This document shows positions 28,465 to 40,758 of a stretch of 64,000 bases of DNA, in pieces; positions within the stretch are counted from its first letter, which is position 1; each line of letters starts with the position of its first letter. The translations under genes and the position numbers were made by a program. This DNA is from Octopus vulgaris (taxonomy: Eukaryota): assembly GCA_951406725.2 (NCBI GenBank), contig OX597823.1, positions 113,398,001-113,462,000 on the forward strand, read 5' to 3'. Under the pieces are notes generated by a model that did no database searches, was not told the origin of the DNA, and saw only the letters and a list, made by a program, of their open reading frames with translations.

Positions 28465-28796
28465 GAGATAGAGAGATCTGTTGTGTTGCAGTCATAGATT
28501 TGTAAAGTTTAAAATTAAGGGAAAACTTTCAAATTTTGTATATTGATGTACTTTTTCATGTTGAATTCCAGATAAATTATTGGAAAATGTTGCAGAATAT
28601 CAAAGATTGGTGATTTTTATCCAATCAGAAAACAGGTTTTCTACGCGACAGCTGCCAGAAATGAAAATAAACAGTACAGGACAAGATTTTAAATGAAAGC
28701 AATGCTTGAGAGGTAATACGTATAGAGAAAAAGAGAGAGAGAATGAGAAAGAGAAAGAAAGAGAGGGAGAGAGTGAGAGAAAGTGAGAGAAAGTGA

Positions 28797-28828
<32 letters not shown>

Positions 28829-29050
28829 TCTGTCACAGATTTCAAAATTGTGAAACTAACGGAAAATTTTCAAATTTGGTATATTGATGTACTTTTTCAC
28901 ACTGAATTCCAGACAAACGTAACAGAAGTTTAAATATTGGTCATTTTTACCCAATCAGAAAGTAGGGTTTATATGCGCTAACTGTCCGAAAATGAAAGTA
29001 GACATTAGAAGACAAGATTTTAGATGAATGCAATACATGAGAGTTAATAT
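28465..29050 (+). repeat. Diverged tandem duplication of an approximately 240-bp unit separated by (GA)n
   Basis: tttcaaattt.gtatattgatgtacttttt, ccaatcagaaa and gacaagatttta each occur twice, about 335-345 bp apart. Confidence 0.8.
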
Positions 29051-29689
29051 ATATATATATATATATATAGGGAGAGGAGAGAGAGAGAGAGAGAGAGACA
29101 GAGAGAGAGACCAAGAGAAACAGGGTGTGTGAGAGAAATAGAGAGAGAGAGAGACACACGCACACACAGAGAGACTTTTGTATTTGTGCAAATTGACTCC
29201 AAGTCTCACCCAGAATCCTCAAGAGACAAGTTGGAATTTCATGTTGGTGTGATGCCTAGGGTGTAAAGATAACTACAGTAATTATTATTGTTGTTGTTGT
29301 TATGATCTTTATATTCTCTTTTTTTTTGGCATATACGCACAACAGATTATTCAGCTGGAAAATAAAAATTCTTAACATCGGGCTACAACAATGAACTTAG
29401 ATGCTAAGAACCCTCCGAAGTATCCTAGCTGTCCATAATAACACTTTTCTGGAGCTGTACTAAATTGTAAGCGTTTTAAAATCAAAGCTGGAACTCTTCT
29501 TGTCGAGAGTCCTAGCTGAACCTACCTCACGGCAAGAGTTTCAAATAAGGGTTGCTACATCATACTCTATTCTTAACTGAGGGCCACATATTGGAAGAGG
29601 CTCTCAGTAATAACAGTGTAGCAAAACGGCGGTTTATCAGCATGGCTGCAGCTATGAGATGAAACTACAAAAGAAAAAGTAGTCATATT

Positions 29690-30060
29690 TTTATCACGTG
29701 TTTTTACTGCACTACCAAGCGCAGCTCTGTGTGCCATGGGTTTACGCTGTGTTTTGTTGTGATGCTCTAATGGTTACTCTATTGAAAGTGTTTTACGTAG
29801 GATGTGTCCGGTGCCTAGTAGTGCTATTTGCTCTATGTTATATAAATACTTGTTAGTCCTGGTGGTTTTGTTATGTATTTGTCCGAACGTTCTTTTATCA
29901 TACCTAATGCACTTACTATGATAGGAATTGCTTCTTTTATAGCTGTAACTCATAACTGGGATGGCGAGAGTGTTGATACCTATTATCTTGTTTTTCGCAT
30001 TGAGCTCTGTTTTCAGTATTAATCTAACTGGTCTATAGTATTATTTCTTTATCTTCTCTT
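29690..30060 (-). mobile_element. R4/Dong-like (RLE-type) non-LTR retrotransposon 3' remnant with internal deletion
   Basis: YYRPVRLILKTELNAKNKIIGINTLAIPVMSYS (post-RT) joined to IPIIVSALGMIK...EQIALLGTGHILRKTLSIE* (RLE C-terminus), followed by a 3'UTR. Confidence 0.75.
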
Positions 30061-30149
30061 TCATTTGTGTGTGTTTGTGTTGTATCATATCTAGTTCATT
30101 GATTCCTAATTATTTGTATATCTGGCTTTGGTCTAATGCTCTTATGGAT

Positions 30150-30665
30150 GTACACACTCGAGTACGTACTTCCTTCATCAATTTCACTGTTATTCAGAAG
30201 AATAACATTGAGTTGACTGAGGAAGTAATTAACAAAAACATTCTGACAAGTGTGGAATGTTTTGTTGAATTCCTCTCGAAAGCACCATCGGACAAAATGC
30301 TAATTCAAATCGATGCGAATATGTGTCTGGATTTAAAGGAGAAATTCTTCCAGGCCATTCAACAGTTGTACACCAAAATTAATCTCCTAAAAATATTTCC
30401 TCACTTTCCCTTCAAATAAAATGAAGGCTGTTTCAACAGTCATCCACGGAAACAAAGGCAAATGACATAATATGTTACCTATAACTTAAACGGCTATCCT
30501 GAGTTTAAGCTGTGTAAAGTATCGAGGCCTAAGTTCGATTTTGAAACAAAATTGCTTTCTTAAAGGTCTCAGGTTATTTGTTTTAGATGTAACTGCTATT
30601 ACTGAAACAAGGATTTTCGGAAAGCATGCAAGGGCAACCATTTTCGAAGACTACGAGATAATTTG
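30150..30665 (+). pseudogene. Old remnant of a Tx1-like element (possible ORF1 piece plus APE N-terminus)
   Basis: 30496-30663 translates ILSLSCVKYRGLSSILKQNCFLKGLRLFVLDVTAITETRIFGKHARATIFEDYEII, aligning with the ORF2 start LKLGCVNARGLASAWKQGYLLNDIKSLDVDIVAISETRL. Confidence 0.65.
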
Positions 30666-31826
30666 TGTACCGCTACGCGTATTTTCTTATCTTGCAGGAT
30701 ATATATTTAGACAGAGATATATTTATGTGTGCGTGAGTTTGTGCGATTGTGTGTGTATGTTTGCGCCTGTATAAACGTCATTATAATGCCCAATCAGTGC
30801 AAGACAAGATGTTTTTCACTGGAGATCAAAGAATGACATATGTTGGGATCCTCGGGTAAAAGACATTATTCCCGCTACATCACCACTTCCCCATTAAGTT
30901 AATTTTTATTAGATTTAATCATAAGACTGATTTATCTGGCAATTTTGACAAGAAATCATTGAAATAATGATTTCGTCTCACTACGATAGAACTTAAAAGA
31001 AAAAAGAACAATTCTCCTCCCACACAACGGAAGCAGCACAAGCAGTAGTAAATATAGGTAGAATTGAACATTCTAACACCTAAACAAATTTGATGTATCT
31101 AAGCCACACACACTTCGGTGAATGGCGCTGTATACTTCAGGAAAGAAAAAAACACGATTGTGTTTATTCATCTTCGCTACCGTTACAAGTGGATTCTTCA
31201 TAGTTCAGTATCGCTATTTGTACTCCGTAGAGAAATTCAATAATTTACAATGGGAAAACTCTGACAAATACTACGTTATTGCAAAGATACATACGTATAA
31301 ATAGAAGGAACAATGAAAATATAGAATATTAGGCACACTTATTTTGTTTTTGTTATTTCGTTTTTGTTCTCGTTTATCCTTTTCTTCGATAATCAATTAT
31401 GAATACCAACGGTTTTTATTCAGCAGGAGATCCATTGGTGTGAAAAGCATGTCAACTATTTTGTTACAAAATACAAAGTCCTTGCATATTTACTGCTTTT
31501 TCTCGAGTTTTGCAAAAGAAAACGAAAAATCAAAAAAGTTACTTTACATAAATTCGTGTATGTATTTTCGCATATCTGAATATGTATGTGAGTATATGCC
31601 CGTGTATATATGCATGTATATGTGTATGTATATACGTATATATTCATCGATACATAAATATATGTATGTACATATATACACACACACACATATATGTATA
31701 TGTATATGTGTATATATGTATATATATGAGTATATATATATATATACACACACATATACATATATGTACATATATGTATACAAACTTGTATACATACATG
31801 CATATATATGCAGTTATATACATATG

Positions 31827-31858
<32 letters not shown>

Positions 31859-32063
31859 TACGTACGTATATGTTGTGTTTGTGTGCATAGTTAAATTTGA
31901 ATTTATATATACGTATATTAAACTTAGTGTTTAATATTTCATGAATAGGTGTATATTGTGCATATGCATTTTATGTATGAATAGACACTTAGGGATACAT
32001 AACTCATATATGTTATATGTGTGTAGCTCTGGGGTGTCCATCTATCTATCCATTTATCTATCG

Positions 32064-32094
<31 letters not shown>

Positions 32095-32462
32095 TGTATA
32101 CATATATGTATACTCATGCATATATGTATGCATTTGTATGCATACATTTATGCATGCATGCTTATATGTATGTATATAGACATGTGTGTGTGTGAGTGTG
32201 TGTATGTGAGTGTGTGTATGTATAACAGTTGCAAAATCAGCGACTGTGTGTCGTAAATATAAACATTTTTATTAACAAATTTCCAAGTGTGATCCTTTTA
32301 CCACTCTATCCACGTGTCATTTCACATATACGTGTGTATGTGTTTGTTTGCGTGTGTGTGTATGTAGATGCATATCAATGTATATATACATTTCTATTTG
32401 CATACAGATGACAGTAGAGCCTTCCCTGAGACATACATAAGAGAAACTATACTTTCTCTTTT

Positions 32463-32465
<3 letters not shown>

Positions 32466-32508
<43 letters not shown>

Positions 32509-32641
32509 ATATCTATCTATATCTAGCTATCTGTCTGTATATCTATCAACTGAACATCTATCTCTCAGAAACATATATATCTATAAATAAGTATATTCAT
32601 TTATCTCTCTCTCTCTCACTCTCTCTCTATCTATCTATCTC

Positions 32642-32712
<71 letters not shown>

Positions 32713-32740
32713 GTCTATCTATCTATTTATCTATCTATCT
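32466..32740. repeat. Compound (CT)n/(TCTA)n microsatellite
   Basis: Directly visible. Confidence 0.9.
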
Positions 32741-33132
32741 ACCGCGTACATATTTACTGAAATATATACGCATAAACACTCTGCTTCCATATCTGTTCTT
32801 GAACACAGTCAGATTCCTTTATTCATTTGATGCATACTTTTATAAATGCACAAATATACATCCTTATTCAATCATGAATATACACGTGTACGCATTTATG
32901 TGCCTTCTTGTCTTTGCATGTGCTTGTGTGTGTGTGTGCGTGTGAAAACCATTAAATATTTGTACACATGATGGAACTCAATGCAGATATGTAGAAGCTA
33001 TTCATGATAGGGGATAATCCTGTATTTTTTCATAAAGTTATAAACGCACGCACACACTTTCGGGCGCACACAAACACGCATATATATATTCGTATCTATT
33101 GTTATATATCTTTGCACACATGGAGTATATAT

Positions 33133-33176
<44 letters not shown>

Positions 33177-33255
33177 AACATGTATATATATGTATATAAA
33201 TATGTATATATGTATATATATATGTATATATATATGTGTGTGTCTGTAGGTATGC

Positions 33256-33318
<63 letters not shown>

Positions 33319-33428
33319 TGCATATATATGTATAAATATATAGATACATAAATATATCTATATATACATGTATGTGCGTCTGTATATATAAATATCTACA
33401 TACATACATTCAGAATACACACACACAC

Positions 33429-33482
<54 letters not shown>

Positions 33483-34013
33483 GTTTATAGTTATTTTCAT
33501 TTATATTTCCGTTCCTATATTTTCTCTTTCCTTCTTCTTCACCCACCCTCTTCGTAACTTTTCATTCACTACCTCCACTTTTGACGTCGCTTATTGATTA
33601 ATGGCAATATCGATTTGAGTGATTCTTTTTATTTCTCAGCCTCAATGGTAGAAATGGAATTCTAGACATAAATAACTAAAGATACACGCTTGCTGAACAT
33701 TGCAGCTAGATATAGAGAATCAATAATAAACTCGGAGGTGTTTATAACATAATATCCGATATGAAACAAATCAACTCGTGTGACTTTATTTCATTTTGCT
33801 AAAGGGCTTCTTTATATGATAATATTAATTGTACGAGTTTCTATTGAATACGAGCACTAATAGGGCCGATAGTTGAGATGGTTTCAAATTTTGAAAACCG
33901 AGCACGTTCCCTGAAAATTAGATTTGGTAGTAGAAATATGTACTGCTAACATTGTCGTTGATGATGCTATGTTGTGGATTAGTCATCAGTCATCTACGAT
34001 TTTGTAGACCTGT

Positions 34014-34247
34014 AAGGCGGTGAGCTGGCAGAAACGTTAGCACGCCGGGCGAAATGTTTTGCGGTATTTCGTCCGCCTCTGCGTTCTGAGTTCAAATTCC
34101 GCCGAGGTCGACTTTGCATTTCATCCTTTCGGGGTCGATAAATTAAGTACCAGTTACGCACTGGGATCGATGTAATCGACTTAATCTGTTTGTCTGTCCG
34201 TGTTTGTCCTCTCTGTGTTTAGCCCCTTGTGGGTAGTAAAGAAATAG
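34014..34247 (+). mobile_element. Full-length SINE (tail type A)
   Basis: taaggcggtgagctggcagaaacgttagcacgccggg ... tgtgtttagccccttgtgggtagtaaagaaatag. Confidence 0.9.
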
Positions 34248-34637
34248 ATTGTGTAGACCTGTCAACGTGGTTTCTCGATTTTGGTTAAGATGTTTTACAT
34301 CCATGCTTGCATTTCCCTGAATACATATGTTATATTATTTCGCCTTCATATAAATTGCAGGAATGAGATTCAAGAGTGATTTGGCTTCTATTTCTTGGAT
34401 GACCAAGAACCTCATGAGGTCATGTCGCTTTGTTGTTCACATTAAGTACTATGGCCAAAGATTTTCCCGTCATGACTATCCTGCTTTATGTTTCAGACGT
34501 AATATATGTTTGAATACATCCATCAATATCTCTCCTTCTTTTTATAGATAATATGAAAAAATTTCACTGCCCTTTCTACCTGGTTGAGCACACTCATAAT
34601 GCTGTTGTTCTGTGGCTCGTAGAGCAAATAATATATA

Positions 34638-35211
34638 ATTTTCTACTCTAGGCACACGGCCCCAATTTCTTTTCGCGGGGGACAGTCGATAAGATCGACC
34701 CCAGTACGCAACTGGTACTTAATATATCGGTCCCGAAAGGGCGAAAGACAAAGTCAACCTCGGCAGATTTTGAACTCGGAACGTAAAGACAGTCAAAATA
34801 CCTATTTCTTTACTACCCACAAGAGGCTAAACAGAGAGGAGACAAACAAGGACAGACAAACGGATTAAGTGAATTATATCGACCCCAGTGCGTAACTGGT
34901 ACTTATTTAATCGACCCCGAAAGGATGAAAGGCAAATTTGACCTCGGCAGAATTTGAGCTCAGAACATAGCAGCAGACGAAATACCTATTTCTTTACTAC
35001 CCACAAGGGGCTAAACAGAGAGGAGACAAACAAGGACAGACAAACGGATTAAGTGAATTATATCGACCCCAGTGCGTAACTGGTACTTATTTAATCGACC
35101 CCGAAAGGATGAAAGGCAAAGTCAACCACGGCGGAATTTGAACACAAAACGTAGTGACAGAGATTTAGCATTTCGCCCGGCGTGCTAACGTTTCTACCAG
35201 CTCGCCGTCTT
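34638..35211 (-). mobile_element. SINE trimer (head, two tail-A units, one tail-B unit)
   Basis: Three reverse-complement core copies with a period of about 185 bp; junctions aagaaatag|gtattt. Confidence 0.9.
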
Positions 35212-35991
35212 AGAGTAAATAATATATTATACGCATCAAAATGTAGTATTGTGTCCTAGGTTTTCGATCCTTTAGCCAGCATATTTCTCTATATTTATAT
35301 TTTTCACTCAAACATCATGAAATATCTTTCTTGTGAGGAGGCAGTGAAAGAGTGCACTAAATGATCGTACTGTCAGCTAGAAAGAACAGCCAAAATTCAC
35401 TGAAATTCCACTTATTACCTTGAAATTAGAAACTAAAACATATAAGAAATTCATAGATAAGCTATGTCTAGAGCTAAAGACATTTTGATCATATCTGGAT
35501 TATGGGAGAGATGGGACTAAAAAAATACATAAAACAATATCTCAAGTGAACATTTGGAAGCGCTGGCTCTAGTTAGTTGGTGTAAATGCGAGAAACTTTC
35601 GAAAACACTCACAAATAGTACCATACCACCATCAAAACGTAGGCGTAAATTAGTTAATGCCTGCGTTAAAGCGCAATGTCTGAACAGGTTAAACTTATTG
35701 TCATATGTGGAACCCCTTTGATTATAAATGTTATTAGTCTGAGCTGACGTGCTGCTCGTTACATTCTTGGAGAACAGTATAGAGTGCAAGATTGCAATCC
35801 TTTAGCGATTTCCTTCACCATACTAAACAGCGATATATGCATTCACGTCCTTTTAATCGGCAATGTCCCACCATCGCAAATTGTGGACCTATGCTAATGT
35901 AACAAAATCAATATTATCTCCCTTGGATGTAAAAATCTCCTGCAATAATAATAAGCTGTGTTCAGGCAAACTAAGAACACTACTTGCTAGT

Positions 35992-35994
<3 letters not shown>

Positions 35995-36037
<43 letters not shown>

Positions 36038-36400
36038 GTTTAACATCCGCTTTCCATGCTAGCATGGGTTGGACGATTTGATTGAGGGCTGGCGAACCAG
36101 ATGGATGCACCAGGCTCCAATCTTTTTCTGACAGAGTTTCTACAGCTGGATGCCCTTCCTAACGCCAACCACTCCTAGAGTGTAGTGAGTGCTTTTACGT
36201 GCCACGGGCACGGGGGCCAGTCAAGCGGCACTGGCAACGACCTCGCTCAAATCTTTTTATACATGCCACCGGCACAGGTGCAAGTAAGGCGATGCTGGTA
36301 ACGATCACGCTCGAATGGTGCCCTTTTACGTGACGCTCTGTCAATGATCACACTCGTATCGTGCTCTTTGCACCCCACTAGCACGGATGCCAGGCATGGG
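35995..36400 (-). mobile_element. SINE/LINE 3' end with (ATG)n tail, RTE-related
   Basis: (CAT)n at 35995-36036 followed by cgtttaacatccgctttccatgct...ggatgcccttcctaacgccaacc. Confidence 0.6.
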
Positions 36401-37379
36401 TTAATTTAAGCTAATTATGCCAATGAGAAACTTGTGAATATCAGATAATATCATTCTTCTCTGCTAGACAATCGTTACCATGATTATAAATGCTGAACCA
36501 ATAAACCTTAAATAGTTATACGTTTTCAATATATTCCAACTATGAAACAGGCTATACGGACAAGTAAATTTTAAATTTGTTTATTGTCATTCATTTCTGG
36601 ACAAAGAATATCATAGTATATTTGGTAGCACTGCAAGTAGAGGCAATCTTCTTTATGAAAAACACGACAATTTATGTGCTTTTGCATATATTAAGTACAT
36701 GCATAAATTATTACACTGATACGCTGAAATAGCCAACGTATATATTCAGTAATTATATTTCATTTCAATTATTCTTACGAGAATATCAATAATGTAATGA
36801 GTACTATACATTTTCATAATATCACTGATGGTAAATGGGCCACTTGGCCTTCGATGTGATATATATATCTCGTTCTGGTTACAAGGAATCTTTCCGCTTA
36901 TTTCATTCTAAGTTCGTGATTTAAGACAGACTGAAGAGATAATTTTTATTGTTAATTCTTGCAAAATTTACTTTGATATAGAATGGCATGGTATTTTATT
37001 CCATGTAAATCAATTATTTTGTAATCAATAAGATATAAGTAATATCATGTATATATTGGGTTAAAGAAACCTCTGGATAGAAGACATGTCGAAGCCTGCC
37101 CGAGAGAGTCGAACTCACATCTTATGTAAACATGATGTGCTTTCGAGTCTCAGGAACATCCTTCGGCTTTATTTAAAGAATTTTTTCAGCGAATATTTAC
37201 ACGCCATATGTAGCACTAACAGCTTCGAGGTCTACCGTTATAAAACATTAATATTTCACTCTCTCTGAATGCTTATAAATGCTTATTGATGTCAGCAATA
37301 TGTGTGTATCTACGTACATACATATATACTACTGCGTCAGCGATATTTGTCACCCATTATTTGTCACGGACATTTCAAC

Positions 37380-38520
37380 GTGGTTATAACTTGGTTATGA
37401 AGGATAGTTCTTTGTCGTTGTGTCGTTGGTGAATTGTATAATCTCAAAATTATTATAGATGAAACATCGTGAAGCATTTTTTTTTTACCTGAACGTATGT
37501 CTACATATCACATGTCTACATGTCATTGGCGTGTCTTCCTCTATTTCGATTTTCAATACATGTAGATTTATACGTTGTCGAATGGAATCTTCCTTTGTCC
37601 AGTGAAATTTACTCTCCATTTTGAGCATATAATTGCATAGTTTAGAGCTTCAGATACATATTTGAAGCTATTTCTTTATTGTAAAGCGTTGTCTTTATAT
37701 TAAACATATTTGCGTTTTCTTTTTTGCGTTAGATTAAAACATTTACTACAATCAGGGCTTCCTAAGTTTCAACTGTTGGTCCCGTTTACATTTTTTTAGT
37801 GATTTTTATCCCTTTCTTATAATATGTGTTTGCATTATTTCGTTCAGCTTGTGGCTTTTTGATATTATTAGTATATTTGAGAAAATGGTGTTACAGAACT
37901 CCTTGTTTAGTACGAGAAAAATTACGGGATGACGTACATTCCCAATTTTAATTTTTTTTTTTGCCTCTTTTCAGGCAACTGAATTTCGTGGCTGATTGTG
38001 TCCCATTATCAATTAAGGATGGTAGATACTTTCTTACAAGAAGTGGCCTTCAGTTCTTGAAATCTCATGTCACAAATATTTGCATCGCATACTTTTGTAT
38101 AAATGCTTCTATCCAGGTTATAAAATGCATTTAATTTGGTGTGTGGCAGATGGCATGAATTGAATAGAGGACGTTGCTTGCAGTCGATGCCGTTATAGTA
38201 AGAATCCATCTCTATTGCATTGTTGAGTAAATATCCATCTATATTTCTTGGCGAGTAAATATCTGTCTTTGCTTCTTTATAACGATGACTAAAAATGGGT
38301 ACATTCTCTGATTGTAAACCATGGAGAATCGAATATTATTTATTAACTTCATTGAGGAGTTTCTCAAATTCTTTTAATTTATTTGTGCATTTATTCCTTC
38401 AGTCAATCAACAAAGGACTTTCCAGTTTCTTTGTCATAAGTTTAAGGAAGTTTCGATATTTTCTTTATGCTTTTTCCTATATAGGAGTCTCTCGATATTT
38501 CATAAGTAGACTCACAAAGG
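37380..38520 (-). pseudogene. Degenerate Penelope-like element (RT C-terminus plus GIY-YIG endonuclease)
   Basis: NIRFSMVYNQRMYPFL, TDIYS and LFNSCHLPHTKLNAFYNLDRSIYTKVCD (RT thumb); ALNYAIICSK..NFTGQ..IRQRINLH (GIY-YIG-like). Confidence 0.75.
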
Positions 38521-39358
38521 AGGGATCTATTTTCATATCGCAGCGTATACTTTGTGTACACGCACACACCCACACACACATATGCACGCACACACAGAGA
38601 CACACACACACACACGCACAGACACACAGACACACACATGTATTTATGGACATATGTATATTTACTATTGGACACTCTTATTGACTAGGGGTAAAGCAGA
38701 GAGATGCATTGAGTCCATAGTCCGATATGAAATTCATACACACACACATACACACACACACACACACACATATGCATATAATATATATATCCATACATGC
38801 AATACATATATATGTGTGTGTGTGTGTATGTGTGTGTCATGTATATACGTACACACACAGATATGCGTGTGGTCATACCTACATACATGCATAAAAACAC
38901 ACAATCACACAAACACATATGCCTACACACAAATATTTTCCATAATTATTTGTTATTTTCAAATTTTGAAATTGCGCATCCATTTATTCTACATTAAAGT
39001 AAAACATAAACATGTATATATTAAACAAAATTTTTTTCTGGGTTTATTGGATGAACGGAACAGGAACAACAAGAGAACGATTAATGTTGTGAAAATACAT
39101 TATAACAATAATTAAATTATTCTACCTCATATTATAAAATCAGATTCTATCTTAGGGAATATGCATTACAATTTTTGCTACATCCTTTTGTTAATGTTAG
39201 TTTAAATTGCAATATATTATGATATCAAGTGAGAATTCTGCCTGAACTACTGATCCGATCCAGTTATCACTGAGAAAAGCAAACTCAGCTTTAATTATAT
39301 AACGTTTTGAAAGGAACCCCCTCCTATGTTCTTCATCTTCTGCTAATTTATATTTGCC

Positions 39359-39575
39359 TTCTTCTTCTTCTTCTTCTTCTTCTTCTTCTTCTTCTTCTTC
39401 TTCTTCTTCTTCTTCTTCTTCTTCTTCTTCTTTCTTCTTCTTCTTCTTCTTCTTCTTCTTTTTCTTCTTCTTCTTCTTCTTTTTCTTCTCCTCCTCCTCC
39501 TCCTTCTTCTTCTTCTCCTCCTCCTCCTCCTCCTCCTCCTTCCTCTTCTCCTCCTCCACCTCCTCTTCCTCATCC
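39359..39575. repeat. (CTT)n/(CCT)n polypyrimidine tract
   Basis: Directly visible. Confidence 0.9.
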
Positions 39576-40286
39576 GCATTCTTCTTTTATTTCTTTTCCT
39601 TCTTTTTATAAATGCTGCTTTCTGCTACTTCAACGCCACCACATCCACTACCACACAAGCCCTGATAATATTAAAAGTACAACCTACACCATTCCGATCA
39701 CCTCCACACCCATATCAGCAAATACCGCCTCTCTGCCATCTCCCACTACATTCTGTTATCAAAAATGCAATTTAATATTTCTATATGCATCTATACTTTC
39801 CCACCGGCAGTTTAAAACTTACGTGCTCTACTGTTCTTATTTGATATTTAACACTGACACAGAGTGAAATGTTTTTGTAGGTGGCATATTTGATCAAATC
39901 AACAGCAACATTTAAATAGCACTGATTAATACTGACATAGTAAATGTTACAGGCAAGATCTGGATTGCTGGATTTGTACCCGAAAGAGGGACAAAACATA
40001 ACTGGCTATTCTATCAATTTTAACCACTGCTCTAACCATACTTGCAAAATATCTTCAGTCTATACGCTGCTTTAGCATTGATGCCGATATATCGGCTTCT
40101 TTCAATATACCAAGACTACGAAATGTTTTATCAGTATCAGCACTAATATTACCAATAATAACCTCACAACAATTCTGCTGCGTAAGCGCATAATACATAA
40201 GAGCACTGTAAAAGAAGAATTTAATATAATATAGTACGATACGATCTTTCTCTCTCTCTCTCTCTCCCTCTCGCTCTCTATGTATA

Positions 40287-40323
<37 letters not shown>

Positions 40324-40380
40324 ATAATCATAATAATATATATAATAATAATAATAATAATATATATATATATATATATA

Positions 40381-40715
40381 GTGAAGGCGCATGGCCCAGT
40401 GGTTAGAGCGTCGAGCTTACGATCGTGAGGTTGTGAGCTCGAATCCCGGACCGGGCTGCGTGTTGTGTTCTTGAGCAAGGCACTTTATTTCACGTTGCTC
40501 CAGTTCACTCAGCTGTAGAAATGAGTTGCGACGTCACAGTTGCCAAGCTGTATCGACCTTTGTCTTTCCCTTGGATAACACTGGTGGCGTGGAGAGGGGA
40601 AGCTGGTATGCATGGGCGACTACTGGTCTTCCATAAAACAACCTTGCCCAGACTTGTGCCTCAGAGGGTAACTCTCTAGGTGCAAACCCATGGTCACTCA
40701 TGACCGAAGGGGGTC

Positions 40716-40718
<3 letters not shown>
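40381..40718 (+). mobile_element. Full-length tRNA-derived SINE within (TA)n
   Basis: A-box tggcccagtgg, B-box gctcgaatcc, central gtgttgtgttcttgagcaaggcacttt...cactcagctgtagaaatgag; (TA)n on both sides. Confidence 0.85.

Positions 40719-40754
<36 letters not shown>

Positions 40755-40758
<4 letters not shown>

Noticed and set aside
34638-35211. Regularly spaced repeats resembling a CRISPR array
   Set aside because: Whole units of about 185 bp are repeated, with no unique spacers and no cas genes; eukaryotic SINE multimer.
39295-39350. Minus-strand GATGA...AAAACGTT hammerhead-like trace
   Set aside because: Both core halves are mutated and the stems are unconvincing.
40381-40455. tRNA-like sequence
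   Set aside because: Continues into a SINE body and lacks a clean cloverleaf; called a SINE head, not a tRNA gene.
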